Shown piece by piece: positions 1-14,602 of a DNA stretch of 32,778 nucleotides. The notes under the pieces were generated by a model, which had not been told where the DNA came from, made no database searches, and worked only from the letters and a program-made list of their open reading frames with translations. The stretch lies in assembly GCA_943704415.1 (NCBI GenBank), contig CALSCO010000480.1, positions 1 through 32,778 of the forward strand, written 5' to 3'. The stretch comes from Parvularia atlantis. Taxonomy: Eukaryota. The position numbers and the translations under genes are program-made. Every line of letters begins with the position of its first letter. Position 1 is the stretch's first letter.

Positions 1-50
1 CCCCCCCTGCCGTACCGCCGTACCGCTCACGCCCCATCCGCGCCGGGCAG

Positions 51-3000
51 GAGCTCTTCCACGAGCCGCCTGACGACGCGGTGGCCGAGCCCGGCGACCC
101 CGCCAACAGCCCGCTCGCCGCGGCCTGCCGCCTGCTGCGGCTCGGGCACGCCAGCAAGAGCACGACGGCCGAGCGCCTGCAGACGCTCGCGACGGCCTGC
201 GCGAGGTGCGCCCGGCCCGCGGGCACGCCGTGGCGTGTGCCGGCTGAGTGCGCTTCGGCCGCCGCGGCGCGCAGCATCACGGCGCACGGCGAGGCGCTCG
301 AGCCAGACGAGCTGGTCTTTGTAACACGCTTCGCGGCCGTGACCACTACCACAGCGCTGCAGGCGGCGGAGGGTGCGTGCGCGCGCCGTGCACATCCGCA
401 GTATGCATGGGTGCTCATTCGCGCAGACCTGCCGGGTCTCGCCGTGCCACTGGAGGCGTGCGTGGCCCAGCTGACGCGCATGCTGCTCATCCTGCTGCGT
501 GACGACGGGCCGCTGGCCGCGAGCGACAAGCAGTGGACGCGCGACAAGGTGTGACCGGTTGGCCCCGACAGCTGCACTGCCGCAGGCGCTCAACACGCCG
601 CCAGATTCGCCGTGTCGCGCTGGACGGCCTCCAGGCGCTCGCCTCGGAGGGCGCCGTGTTCAGCTGGCACGAGAGGGCGAGCGCGCTGGTGCGCACCTGC
701 AACGCCATCAGCGCGGTTGTCTTACGCAGCGGCCGATCAGACCCTACCGCTCACACTGGACCGCAAGCTGACCGCACCACCGGCGAAAGCGGCGTCGCAG
801 CAGCCGGTGTCGGGCAAGGGTGCGCGCACGAACACGTCGTCTAGGCCGCGCGCAGCAGCTGAGCCGCCCACGTGCGCATCACCAGAGCGCCTGGTGCAGC
901 AGCTGCGCGACCTCGCTGGACAGACACCTGCTGCACCAGTCGCCGCCACTGCCGATGAGCGCGCGCGGGCAGACGCTCCGCAGTCGCGCGCGCAGCTGAG
1001 CCGACACATCGCGACGCTCTTCTGGACGCTGCCCGCGGCCTTTGAACGCGTGCTAAGAGCGAGGTGCGCACGCGCGATGCTGCACCAGCCGCGCACGTCT
1101 GACCGGTCCGCGCGCTGCACGCAGCAGCGAAGCGACGCTTGACGTGCTCGACGTGCTCGCGCGGCAGAGCGAGCGGACGATTGAGTGTGCGTGCGACGGC
1201 GCGCTGCTGCCGCGACACTAACCGCGCCGCAGTGACCGCCGCGACTGCGACCGTGCTGTGCGAATTCGCCAACGCCAGGCTGGACGCGATGCGCAACGCC
1301 GAGCGCCACGCGCGCCCCAGCCGAGCACAAGTACGGTCCCCTTGCTGCTTTATCGCGGCGCAGCTCACGCATGCTCGCGCGTGCGCGTACCCCAGGACGT
1401 GCTCGCGCTGCAGCACGTGCTCGATAAGGGCGACGCGAACGCGCGCCAGCTGTGCGCCCGCTTGAACGTCGTGCTCGCGGCCGCGGTCCTGTGCGGTGCG
1501 CTGTGCCGCGTGCGGTGCCGTCCGTTTACCCTGACTGCGTCGCCAGACGTGCGCCCGGACGACGACGACGAGCCCAGTACCGATCTCGCGGAGGTGTTTG
1601 CGCAGGCCATGCGAGCGGCGTGTCTGGCTATGGAACAACCCGCAGCCAACTCAGAACTGCCGGTGCGCTCAATGCTTGCTGCGCCGGGCACCCTCACCCT
1701 GGTGGCGCCCAGGTGCCGTGCGTGCTGCGCGTGGACGACTCTACGACCGTCGATCTGGCCCAGCTGCGCATCACAGCGGCCGCGATCAATGTGTGCCGCG
1801 CCGAACGCCGTGTCGCGTGAGAGCTGACTTGCGGTCTTGTTGCGCACGCAGACAGCCGTGCAGCAGGTGGCGCGACGCGACCTTGCAGAGACGATGCTGC
1901 AGCTCTTCTGCCGCCTCATCAGCACGGTGCGCCGCCCATCGTGACTTTGGGCAGCCCGCACTGAGCCGCACCGCCGTGCAGAATGCCCCGCGGTTGCAGA
2001 GCGAACGCGCTGCGCCGTCCACGACGGGCGCTTGCGGAAACGCGACTGCCGTGGCCGCTGTTGCGACGGCATCCGAAGAGTCGCTCCTCGGCAGCATTTT
2101 TTACGAGCCTGCCGTCCCCGCGGCGGCACAAGCAGTGCCCGCGAGTGACACACCTCGTGCCGCGGTCGGTCTCGGGTGGGCGTGCGCTGACGCACCGCTG
2201 ACACGTCGCGCGCTGCACAGCTGAACGCGCTCAACACGGCCACGTCCATGCTCTGGTGCCTGCAGCTGCTGCAGCAACGGTGCGCACGCGCGCCACTGAC
2301 GGCGCTGCGCCAGCATCTGAGAGTGCTCTGCGCAGACCCTTCCCGCCCGCGATGCTCAACGGCTGGCTGGAGGCCGGCGACGTGCTCGCGCGGACCGTCT
2401 CGGCACCGCGCAGCGCAGGTGCGTGCCGTGCCGTGCCGCGCGCCTGGCCCCGCATGCAAACACGCGCCCAGACGCCGTCATGGCCGTCAACACCTTGCGC
2501 AAGCTGTGGCGGCAGCAAGCGGCGCGCATCTGCCACGGCACCGGCGCCGACGCCGTGCGGGTACGCCATCGTGCGCGCGCGCGCGCGCGCAATACCTCCC
2601 GTGACACTCGCTGGGTAGGCCGCTCTGCAGCGGCGCGGCTTTGGCAGTGCCGATGCATGGCCCCTGGATGTGTCGGCGGACGTGTGCTTTGTCGTGCTCC
2701 TGCTCGTGGCGCGCGCTGAGCGCTCGGCGGACGGTTCGTCATCGTGTTGCTAGAGTGTCGGATGAGCCGCTCACGACCATCGCAGACGCGTACTCGCCCG
2801 ACAATGTGCTCACGTGGACGCGTGACAGCCTCGTGCGCAGCCTCACGAGCCCGAGCGCAAGCACCACGACCGTCAGCCGAGACGCCGTGCTCACCGCGAT
2901 CCTGCTTGGGCACACAAGGTGCGTGCGAACCTTGCCGGCCAGCCCGTCTCACGCCACGGCGCGCCAGCCACCCGACGGCGACGGCAGCGTGGACTGCGAG

Positions 3001-6000
3001 CCTGCAGGCCGTTGCGGATGCTCTCGTCGGCGGCGGCGTCGCCGTGACGCGCACGTGGCACGCCACTTTCTGCACTTTCATGCGCTGGATCGAATGTGCG
3101 CCGTCTCTGCTCCCGCGCCTTGGCCTTAACGGACGGCTGACCGGCGTGTGCTTGCGCCGCAGACGACCTCTTTCACGGCGCCGAAGACGTGCCCGCGCAT
3201 CTGCAGCCACTGTTGCTGGGCCTCACATCGCTGGCCGAAGCCGACTTGAACTTTGCGGTGCGCGCTCGGGCGGGCGTCTGTGTGTCCCGGCAGTTTAAGT
3301 GCACGTGCATCAGGTGACCGCCAGCCGGGAGCAGGCTCTGTCGTTCTCGACGATCAAGAGTCTCGTCGCCGTCGACGCAGACCTCGCGCAGTCCGTGCCG
3401 GACCTTACCGCGGGCACGGCACCGCAAAAGCTCACCGGCGTCAGGTGCGTCGGCCCGTAATGCTCTGCGTGCACACCATGGACGCGCGCACGCCGTCGCA
3501 GCGCGCCCGAAGTCGATGCGCTGGCCGCGACGCTGCTGACGACGCTCAAGCAGCTCGCGCGCGTGCCGGTGGAGGAGACCGCCGACTGCGCGCTCCTGCT
3601 GCAGTCTGTCTTCACGGCGCAGCGCGTGCTGTACTCGGTCGAGCTGACAACAGGTGCGTGCACTTGATCGCAAGCCGCCGCGCATGCTGACACGCTTGCT
3701 GCGCAGGCTTCGCGTCGGCCGAGCCGTGCACCATCGACCCGTCGCTGTCGTTCACCGTGCGCAGGCTCACGGCGTCGCTCGAAGGCAACGTCGTCACCGA
3801 CGCCGCGTGGTCCGCGCTGCTCTCATCGGCCGCGGAGGCCGCCAAGGACGATCTGTCGCGGTGCGGACCGCGGCGCAGCGGTGATCGGTCTGACGGTGCT
3901 TTGCACGCTCGCAGCCTGTCGCCGCTCTGGCTCAGCTGGGCCACGCACGCCCTGCGCCAGCTGTGCATGCGCATGGAGGCCGTGACGGAGCCCGTACGTT
4001 GCACGCACTGCACGTGGGTGCCGTGCTGAAGCGCGCACGCCACGCAGTCGGAGGCATGGACAAAGATCGGCAACGCGCTGTTCTCGCCGGCCTCGGTCGA
4101 GCGCGTTTTTGGTGTGCTTCAAGCGCTGCACGACCGCTTCTGGTGAGCGTCACCGTGCACGCGTGGGCCCGCTGCTCAGCGCGTCGGCGCAGGCAAGCGC
4201 TGCAAGGCATCGCCGCCGCACCTGCTACGATCGCGGAGCTCACCGCGCGTCTGGTCGCGTGCGGGCAAGACCCTGCGGCCTTGTGTGGTGCGCCCGCGTC
4301 ACTCGCCATGATCTCGCACCTCACCGCACCGCACAGACACAACCAAAGGGACGCAGCGCTGGACGGCGACGCTCAAGGAGCTCAACGAGACGCTGCGCCA
4401 CGTCGTGCGTTGAGCTTGCGTGTGTGTGTGCTTGCGTGCACCTTGACGCACCGCGAGCAGGACCTCAAGCGCTTCGCGTTCGAGGAGGTCTTCGGCCTGT
4501 ACATGGAGAACGCGCTGGGCAAGTCGAACGTGCACGCGCTCGGCCTGAGCCTGCTCGACTGGCTAGGCCTGCTTGGCCCGTACATTCGCGGTACGTGAGC
4601 GCGCGTGGTGGTGGTAATGTCGTCGCTGACGTGCGGTGTTGCAGCGCGCATGCGCTGGGAGTCGTGGCGTGCGTTTGGCCGCTTGAGCGCTGCGCTTGTC
4701 CTGACACGCCGTCGCACAGCCGGCGCCGACATGGGCGGGCTCGAGCTGGCCAAGCTGCACGCGGATCCCGAGGTGTGCATGCGATCGGGCAATGCTGGCG
4801 TGGTGCCTCACGCACTCGCCCGCAGAAAAAGACGCTGCTGCGCCCGCTGCTGACCCTGCACATAAGCGTCCCGCTCGTGTTTGTGCGGCCGACCACCGCG
4901 GCCTTGCTCGAGACGCTCGTGGGCGACACAAAGGCGCGCGTGGGGGCTGCGCGGCCCGAGCAGGCTCTGACGCGACGACGCAGGACTCGGCGCGCCTGAT
5001 GGCGTGGGCGAGCATGCACGCGTCGCTGGAGCTGTTTGAGCGCCTGCCGGACCTTGTCCGGGACCTGCCGAGCGCGGCGGTGCGATGCCTGCTACGCTGC
5101 GTGCACGGCTGACGTTGTCCGCCGCAATGCAGATGTCGGCAGTGCGCTCTGGCTGCGCGACGGTGCTCAGTGCCTGGGAGTCGGCGGGCGCGGACGGCGC
5201 GGTCGTTCCGTCTGCTGCGCTCGCGCGCACGGCCGTCGTGAACCTCACACAGGTCTTTGCGAGCGAGGCCTACTCGGCCCCTGCGCTGAAAGTGCTGGTG
5301 CGTCTCTGCGCGTTGACGAGCTCGCTGTCGCTGACACTGCGCGCCCAGGTCGCTTTCTTGGCCGCCCCGCGTGCGAGCGACACGTGCGATGCCCTGCGCA
5401 TGCATTGCGAGCGGTGCATGCTAAGCCGCGCGCACACGCATACACTCGCAGGCCATCGCCAGCAGCGGCAACGGTCGCGGCGCTAGACGCGCTGGCCGGC
5501 CTGGCGGATGCGGAGCTTGCTGCGTGGCTGGCGCTGTTTGTGAACGAAGGCGGTGCGTCGCACTGCCCACACTGCGCACGCGCTGACTTGCCTTTGCCGC
5601 GCCGCAGGCAAGGCCGAGTCGCATCTGCACAGCGTGCTGCGCCAGCTCATGTCGCTGCGGCCGTCGCACAAGCAGGTGCCGGCGCTGCTGCAGCACGTGC
5701 GCACGGTGCTCTTTGATCGCTTCGCCAATGCCGTGCGCACGTCCAGCGTGCCGGTCATCGCGGTGCGCACACGCCGCGCGAACGGCACAGCCTGATCGCC
5801 GGCTCGTGCCCAGGCGTACCTGCGCACCGCTGCCGTGCTGCAGAACGACGAGGGCGCCGTCGCGCAGTTTCTCGCGCGCTGCGGCACGCTGCTCGACGAG
5901 GTGCGCGTGTGTGCGGCTGTGCTCGCTCATGCGGCCGGCATGCCTGACCCACCGCGCCCGCACAGCTGGCCGGGGACCCGGACGTACTGCGGGACGGCAC

Positions 6001-9000
6001 AACGCTGGCCAACCTAGCCGCGCTGCTCGAGTACTTCCAGGGACTGATGCCGCGTGCCGATGTCGCTTTGAGCACCGAGGTGCGACCGCACACACAGCTG
6101 TAGTATGCCTGACCTGGCGGCGACGCAGGCCGAGCAGGCGCTCGTGCTGCCGCTGAGCAAAGACTGCGGCGAGCTCGAGTACACCTTTGACCTGTCGCGA
6201 CCGTTCTCGGCCGTCACTGGTGCGCCCCGGCCGCCGTCTGCACGCTCTGCTGCTGAAAATTGCATCGCATTAGCGGTCGCGGGACCGTCATCGCCCACGA
6301 AGCGCGAGGCAGCGTCGACGGCGGTGCGCTGCGGCCCGCACACGCGTGTGGCCCAACTGTGCGGCTGATGTACGGTGCGTCCAGCGGCCGTCGGTGATGG
6401 ACCTGTTCCGCGGCAAGGAGCTGCAAGATGCGCGACTAGCCGCCGCGACGTGCACGTACAGCAAGACCGGGCGCGAGTTTGTGGTGAGCGCGCGGAGTTA
6501 CGTGATGCACACGGCGCCGATACGCAGCGCACACGTGCAGGGGCAGCACTGGTACTACTGCTACACGTGCCACCTGGACGACTCGGAGGGCTGCTGCTCG
6601 GTGTGCGCGCAGATCTGCCATCGCGGCCACGACGTGCGTTGCGTGGGCTGGCTTCCTGCGTGTGTCTGACACGCTACCGCTGCACGCTCAGCTCGTCTAC
6701 GCGCGCAACTCCAAGTTTTTCTGCGACTGCGGCGCATCTGGGCGCTGCCGGTGCCTGAAGCCCACGTGCGCATTGTGCGGCGCAGCTTGGCGCGACACTG
6801 AGCGGCGTCGCATCGGGTCCTAGCGCCGACCGCGACCCGGCCTCGGCTGCCACTGCGACGAGCGACGGCAAGGGCTACAGCGCTTTTGGCCAGGGGCTGG
6901 CGGCGTCGGACGGGTTCATGTCGGCCGTCGAGCGCGTGCTCGTACACCTGTGGACGCTTGTGGACCAGGCCGTGGCTGCGGCGCGTCGCCACTGTTGGTC
7001 ACCGTGCCTGCAGTGCTGACCACCGGGGCCTCAGGTCGACACGGCCGAGCTGACGGCGGCCACGCCAGTCGCCGGATCTGCGGCCGCGGCCGTCGCGTCC
7101 AACGACTGGCTGTGCAGCGATGTCAACGTCGTGGGTAACAACACGCTCGCGGTGAGGCCGCTGCGTGCTTGCACGAGCACGACTGACGGTGCGCCGACCC
7201 AGTCGCTCGCGGACGACAAACTGCTCAGCCTGCCCCTGGACTGGAGTCCTACGCGGCGCGCGCGCGGTGACGCGCAGTATGACGAGGCACGTACAGCGGT
7301 CAGCCGCATCGTTACCACTGACGCATGCGGGGCGCGCCAGGTGCAAGACGACGGCGACCATGCTAGCGAGGGCGGCGCGTCTTCACGGTGCGGCCGCGAC
7401 TGCTGCTGCTCAGCGCTGTGCCGTGACACGGCTGCAGGCTCGCGAAGCGACGGCGCCGGTGGCTCGCAAGCTCTGGCCGCTTTGTGCTCAATGTGCTCGA
7501 CGACACAACCGTCCTGAGCACGAGCCTGCCGGCCCACCTGCCCAGCAAGGGCGCGGCGCTCCCGCTGGTAGGTGTCCTGGCCGCTGGATGTTGCGCTCAC
7601 CCCACCCTTGGAGCAGGACGGCGCGCGCACGACGTTCTCGTTCTCGATTGTGTCGCTGGAGCTGCATGCGCAAGCGTCGAGTGTGATCGTCGTGCGTGGC
7701 GCGCGTGCGGCGCACGTTGCTCCGTGGCTGACGTACGGCGTCGTGCGCCAGGCGGGCGCGACCGACGTGGAGGTGTGCACGCTGCACCAGGAAACGGGCG
7801 TCATCCTCGAGCGCGCGATCCTCAACGTGTCGCACGACGCCTCGACATCGCACGTGATCGCGACGGCGTGGGTGCCCGGCATGGTGCATGCGCGTGCGTT
7901 GCGACCCGCTGTCTGCGGCTGATGCAGCACGCGTCGCGGACAAAGGCTACGTGCGTGGCCCTGTGCACGGCGCGAGCGGTCAAGATCTTTGACGTGGCCA
8001 AGGACACGTTCTCGCCGCTGTACTTCTTCTCGCTGTCGAACGTGCGCAAGCGGCGCGGTTAGTAGCACGGCCGTGCCCTGACATGCACGCGCGCGGTGCG
8101 GTGCGCAGGACGAGACGGCCGCGTCAATCACGCTTGTGCCGGCGGACGGCGCGCGCGACATGACGGGCGTGACGCTGCTCGTGCAGACACTGCGTGGCAC
8201 GATCTTCTCGCAGAGTGCGTTGCGCGGCGCGGCGAGACCGCTATGGCAGGTCGCTCAAGCGCAGCGACGTCGCAGGCCTCGAGTACGGCCAGAACCAGGG
8301 CATGATGCCGCTGACCAAGACGCTGCGCAACGTGCAGCCCTCGACCGGCCCTCAAACAGTGTGCCGCTTGTCTGGCAGCTGCGTTGTGCTGACGACGGTG
8401 CCGCGACGCAGCCGGGCCGCGCGTCGGAGCACAACCGCGGTGCGAGCCTCTTCTTTGCGCCGCGCCTGGGTCTGCTCGTCTACGGCTACGAGAACGGTGC
8501 GCTGAGACTGCGAGCGATGCGTGGCCTCTGGCCGTCTCACACGCGCGCGTGACGCAGGCGATGTGTTTGCAGGTCGCCTGAACGCGGAACACGCGCAGCT
8601 GGATCACCAGTTTGCGCTCGTTGTGCCGCAGCCTCGCGGCGCGCCGGGTCCCATGCGTCGTCTGCACAACGGCGCGCCGTACTACGACTGGCACGAGATC
8701 GCACTGGACGGCCGCGACGCCGCGCGTGACAAGCCGTGGGCGGCGGCGATGCTGCTGGGCCGTTCGCGCCGCGCACCGCACGCTGCCCTGTTTGCCTTTG
8801 AGCCGCCCAACGTGCGCGCGCAGATCCTCGCGCTGCCGGTGTGTTGTCCATGTGCGCGCGCGGCGCAGGCTGACAGAGACTCGCGCCGACGCCAGGACAA
8901 CATCCACATCCTGTCGCTGGCCGTGTGCCGTCATGCCACGCCGGACGAGCAGTCGGCCGTGCGCATGCTCCTGCTGCTCAAGTCGGAGATGGTGCAGTCA

Positions 9001-12000
9001 CGGCCGCGCACACGTGCCGCAGCGCCTGATGCGCCGACCGGGCAGGACGAGGTGCACATGGCCGCGCTGGTGCCCACATCGACGTCGGCTGCAAGCGCGG
9101 TCGCGAGCCTCCCCGCGTCTCTGAAGCGTGCGCCGGTGGCCGTTGCGACTGTGCAGGACGACAGCCGCGACGAGTCGGCGGACATGGGTGCGTGCGCGCT
9201 TCGCACTGCGTCTGAGTGGCTGCTGATCGCGAATGCAGACGTGCCCCCGCTGACCACCTTTGAGACGGTCGACAACATTACCAAGAGCATGCTTGTGTCG
9301 TCCGAGGACCTCAACCTGACGCCGTCCAACGTGCGCACAATGCGCATGCGCACGCCCGCAGATCGCATCGCTGACACGCCGCACGCACGCGCGAAGCTCA
9401 AGCAGCGTCTCACGGCCCAGCTGAACTCGCTGCAGGGCGTGCGCGCGTCGACGCCACTGGGCATGACGATCGAGATCCGGCCGCCGTCGCCCGACGTCGT
9501 CATCGTGGGCCTGCGCGTGCTCGTTGGCAAGACGGACAGCACAGCCGTGCCGCGGCAGCTGACCGTGTTTGGCCAGACAATCAGCCTCATGTGCGTGCGG
9601 CCTTGCTGCGCATCTCGCGGGTGCTGACGCGGAGCGTGCACAGCCCAGAGCGCCCGCGCTGGTACATGATCATGCTCAACAGCAGCTCGCTCGAGAGCAC
9701 GATCAGTGAGGAGCGCGTCGTGCTGCGCGTCGTCGGCTCGTCGACGCCCGCGCGCCCCGTCATCGACCTGCTCGACGTCTTCGCGGTCGACCGCAGCCGT
9801 CTCGAGACCGCGCGGGCGTCGGCAGCCACGGCCGTCGCAAACTCGGCCGCCGAGTCTGCGCGCACGGGCCGGCCGCTGCCAGTGCGCAGCCTCGACGCGT
9901 GGGACAGCGCCGTGGAGGCGCGCGAGCGCAAGCACGGCGCCGTTCTCGGCCGCTACGTGCGCCCGCCGCGCGGGCCCACTGTACCTGCCGCGACGTCGAG
10001 CGTCACCGAGACGGTCCTGACGTACGCCGTGGCGATGCTGCACCACTTCCACGCGCTGCGCCTGCAGCAAAGCAAGACGGCCGACGCATCGCTGCCGATG
10101 TCGTCCGCGCTCCTCGGCGTGCTCGCCCTTGGACGCGGCTCGACGATTCTGCCGCACTCGTGGACGCGCGCGCTGTGGGCCGCGCACCACTTTGGCGCCC
10201 TCGGGGCCGCGGCGGCGGCAGATGACTGGCTGCGCATTCACCGCTGCCTCGGCACGACGGCCGCGTCCGCGGTGATGGCGATCCTCGCGCAGCGCGCATG
10301 GGCGACACCCAAGCGGCTGTGGACGCTCGAGTGGCACCTGGCGACGGTGCAGCAACTGGCGACGCTGCGCAGCTTCACGGACCGCGGCGCAACTGCAGTG
10401 CTGCGCGTGCGCATCAGCGAGCTGGTCGACGTGCATCAACTGGCGACGGCGTCCGCCGAGTGGCTAGGGGCGCTGCTGGGCTCGCGCGTCGCTGACGAGG
10501 GCCTGGTGGCGCACGTGATGCGCGTGGTCAGCCGCATCGTCGCCATCGCACTCGCGTGGGCCGTCGAGTGCGCCGCTGCGGACGAACTCGGCAGCGACGA
10601 GGCCCTCCAGCCGGTCGTCAACGCGCTCCGCTCGCTGCTGCGCAGCCCTTCGACCGTTCTGCGCACGGCGGCGCACGACGCGCTCGCTCTGGCGCTCACG
10701 GGTGGTCTGCCCTTGCTGCGCGAGGCCGTGCTGCCGGCCGTGCTCCCGCTCAAACCGCTGCCTGATGCGACCGGCAAGGCCAAGGCCGAGGGCGGCACCG
10801 TGAAGCCGCGCGACCGCTCTGCGCGCTCACCGTTCACGTTCAGCGAGCGCGACAGCGACGACGACGGCGGCGCGTCAGACGGAGACGAGGAGGACGACGA
10901 CGACGACAACAACGTCATTATTGCGGACATTGACGAGGCCGAGGTCGAACGTGCGATGCAGGCCGTGCAGACACAGAGCAACAACGGCGAGGGCGTCACA
11001 CGACCGGCATCGCCGGCACTGCCGCCGCCTGCGACCACGCAGGCCGCAACGACGACCATCTACCGCTGCGACGGCTGCCAGCTCACACCGATCATCCGCG
11101 AGCGCTACCACTGCCGCGTCTGTGCCGACTACGATATCTGTGCGATGTGCTTCGTCTTACGCATGCACGACGAGCACGAGATGGACCGCTTCGACATCGA
11201 GGAGGTGCCGTCGGCCGCCGACGCCGCGGCCGCGAGCGCGCTGTTTTCCAGCACGCCTCCCGCCGCTGCACCGGCCGCGCCGGCCGCGCCGGCCCCACCA
11301 GAGCCTGCACCTGCTTCGGCGCCGACAGCGGCCCCGCCACCCGCCGCTTCGCCCATGCCCCACACCGCCTGGCCGACCAGCAGCAACGAGGCGGCGCTCT
11401 ACCGGCGCGTGACGACGTTTCTGTGCCGCCAGCTGGTGACTGTCGATCTCCCTACGACGCTCGACACGGCGCGGCGCGGGCCACTGGCGCACGCACTGCC
11501 GCTCGTGCGTCTGCTCGTGACCGTGCTCGCCGACGCCGATGGTGTGGACGCGCACGACGAGCTCGTGGCCGCCGCGGTCGAGCGGCTCGTGGGCGGCCTC
11601 TGGTCGGACGCGTCGTCTGCAACCCTGCTGCAGCCCCCGACGTCCGTGCTCCTGGCCGCATTGGCCTTCTTGCTCACGCCGGGGCCGGTGCCGCCGAGGG
11701 CGAGGGCAGAGGCGTGTGCAGAGCGGCGCGTCTGGGTCACCGTCTCCGCGCGCACGGCCGAGACGACGGCGCGGTGCCTAGCCGAGCGCCACAGCCCGCT
11801 GATTGCACAGCTTCTCAACGCGGCGCGCACGCTGCTGGACGAGGTGCGCCGGCACCCGGACGCTGTGCTGGCGCCTGCGACCTCGCGCACGGGGCTTGCC
11901 ATTGCTCTGCGTAGCGAAGGCCAGCTTCTCGGCGTGGCCGGTCGCACGTTCTTGCCGCTGCTGCAGGGCCTCGACGGCTTTGCGGGCCCGTCGGCCACCG

Positions 12001-14534
12001 TAAGCGAGGTGAGTGAGCCGGGCGCTGGGCCTTCAGCGGACGGGACGCGGGCGCGCACGCCGGCGCACCTGTGGAGCATGTGGATTGACCCGGCGGGCAT
12101 GACCGTGCCGATGACGACGTGCGCGGTGCTGCTGATCACGCGCGCTCTGCTGCTACTGCCGGTCGCGGCGGAGCGGCTGCGTGCGGGCGAGGCAAGCAGT
12201 GCATGGCAGCAGCTCGCGTGCCAGACGGCGTTCGAGGGCGTCACAACGTTCGTGCATCAGCACGCGCGCGCACTGCTGGCGGCGCTGAATGGCACCGGCC
12301 GTGCGTGCTGCTGGCGCCGCTTTGTGCACTTTCGAGGCTGACGCACTGTGTACCGCAGGCTCGCGCGAGCACAAGCGTTTGCTGGACAAGTACGCGTTCA
12401 GCCTGTTCCTCGAGCGCATCCACGCGATTGTGCTGCCGGGCGTGGCCGCTTCGTCGTTGGCACAGCAGCCGTCGGCGTCGTCGTCACGATCGCCCGTGGC
12501 TGCGCGCGCCCTGTCGTGGTCGGCGAGTGGCGTCGTGCGCGCCTCGTCGTCCTCCGTGAGCGGCGGCGGCGCGTGGGCGCGGACGATCGCGCACATCGGT
12601 CAGGATGAGATTGCCCGCGTGAGCCGCAACCTCGCGGCCGTCGTCGAGCGCGCACAGCGCCACCCGCGCAGCTGGCAGGCGTTTGTGCTCGAGCGTGCTG
12701 CGTCAGGCGAGTCGCACGTGCCGCCGCCGGTGAACGTGGTCGAGTTTCTGCTGGTGCTGCTGGCCGCGCAAGGCGCTGAGGCTGTCGCGCTGCAGCTGCT
12801 CAGGCTGTTGCACCTGGCCCTGTCGCGCTCGTCCACCAAGAGCGCCGCCGTCGCGGCCGACCGACCCAAGGCAGGCACGGGCCCTGTGTCGACGCGCCAG
12901 ACCCCGTTTGGCAACCTGCTCGCGTCGATGCTGCTGCAGATGTTCACGGCCGAGCAGAAGGCGTCGAGTGGTGGCAAGGCAGAGGACGCCAAGGTGCCCC
13001 TGCGCGAGCGCGCCGACACGGACTTCAAGGAGGGCTTCGCCGGGCGGGACGAGCGCGAGCTGCTGACGGGCGTGGTGAGCGCGGCCAACGCGGGCGCGCT
13101 TGAGCACTTTGTGCAGACGTTCCTGCTGCACCGGCGCCAGAAGGACGTGCGACTGGAGGCGCGCGAGGTCTTCTACTGGCTGTTCTGGCACGCCGACCGG
13201 CAGCAGCAGCGCGCCCTGGCGGACGCGGTGTGGCGCACCCTCCCGCGCGTCGCCTCGCTCGGCCCGCACGTGCACGAGTTCATGGACGTGCTGATGTACG
13301 TGCAGCGGCGGACGGCGCTCGCGCTCGAGGTGATCAACGCGCCGTCGACGGACCAACCGCACGCGCTGCGCCGCGCGCTCGAGGCGTCCTGGGGCGCGCT
13401 GGATGAGACCGCGGTGGCCGAGGCCCGCGCCGACTGGCGCTCGCAGCTATCGCGCGCCGTGGACGCGCTCAAGCTGTTCAACGCGGCGTTGGCGCGGCAT
13501 CCCAACGGCGCGCTGTACGAGGGCCTGGCGCCGCTGTTTGAGCGAGAGGGCTACCACCTCGAGTCGAGCCCGTGCCCGGGCTGCTCGTTCCCGGAGATGC
13601 CGCTGGAGACGCTCGAGCTGGACCAGGTTAAGGCCGAGGTCAAGTACACGCCGAGCGCGACCGTGGTGCGATTCAACAAGCGCCTCACGCTCACGAGCCT
13701 CGTCATCCACGTCACGGAGATCCGCCGGTACAAGATGGTCGCGAGCATCGACGTGTTCTACTGCAACAAGACCCTGAGCGACATGAACGAGCTCAAGAAC
13801 AGCGCGCGACTCTGGCGCGCCCTCGGGACCTTTGCCGTGCGCCCGCAGCAGACCGAGGTCGTCTGCAGCTTCTACATGCCTGTGACGGCCATGAACCTCA
13901 AGATCCAGTTCTCGAGCTTCCACGAGAACGCGTCGGCGTCCGAGAAGCTGATGTGCCCGCGGTGCAGCCGCGTCGTGACCGACAGGCACGGCATCTGCCG
14001 CAACTGCCACGAGAACGGTGCGGTGGACGCGTGGCTGTGCGAGCGCGTGTGTCGCTGACACGCCGCCCGACAGCGTTCCAGTGCCGCCACTGCCGCAACA
14101 TCAACTATGAGAACCTGCAGAGCTTCCTGTGCATCGACTGCGGGCGCAGCTCGTACGCGACGTTTGCGTTCAAGTTCCGGGCCTACCCCTCGCTCGAGGT
14201 CGACCACGTCGAGAACGAGACCGACGAGCGCGCGTGCGTGAGCGTGATCGAGACCGAGTCGCAGACCGCCCGCGCGCTCGTGCAGCGCCTGGCAACCCTG
14301 CGCCGCCCGATCGAGCGCATGCTCTTCTCGCTCGGCACGCTCCGCAGCGGCCCCTCTGCCAGCGTCTCGGCCGGCGGCCCGCACTCGCAAAAGGTCTCGC
14401 GGCGGCTGCTCGCGCTCGAGGCGCTCTACAACCGCGAATGCAAGACCGCCGCCGAGGGGCTGGCGCGCTCGGTGCAGGTGCTCGCCGCGGCGCGCAAGGC
14501 GCTCTTGCGCTTCAACCGCAGCAGCCGTCTGCGC

Positions 14535-14602
<68 letters not shown>

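Noticed and set aside
12000..12036. Strong donor-like GTAAGC and GTGAGT motifs within the long exon
   Set aside because: No branch point or acceptor at a normal distance (nearest plausible CAG gives under 40 nt) and the frame is open; treated as coding.
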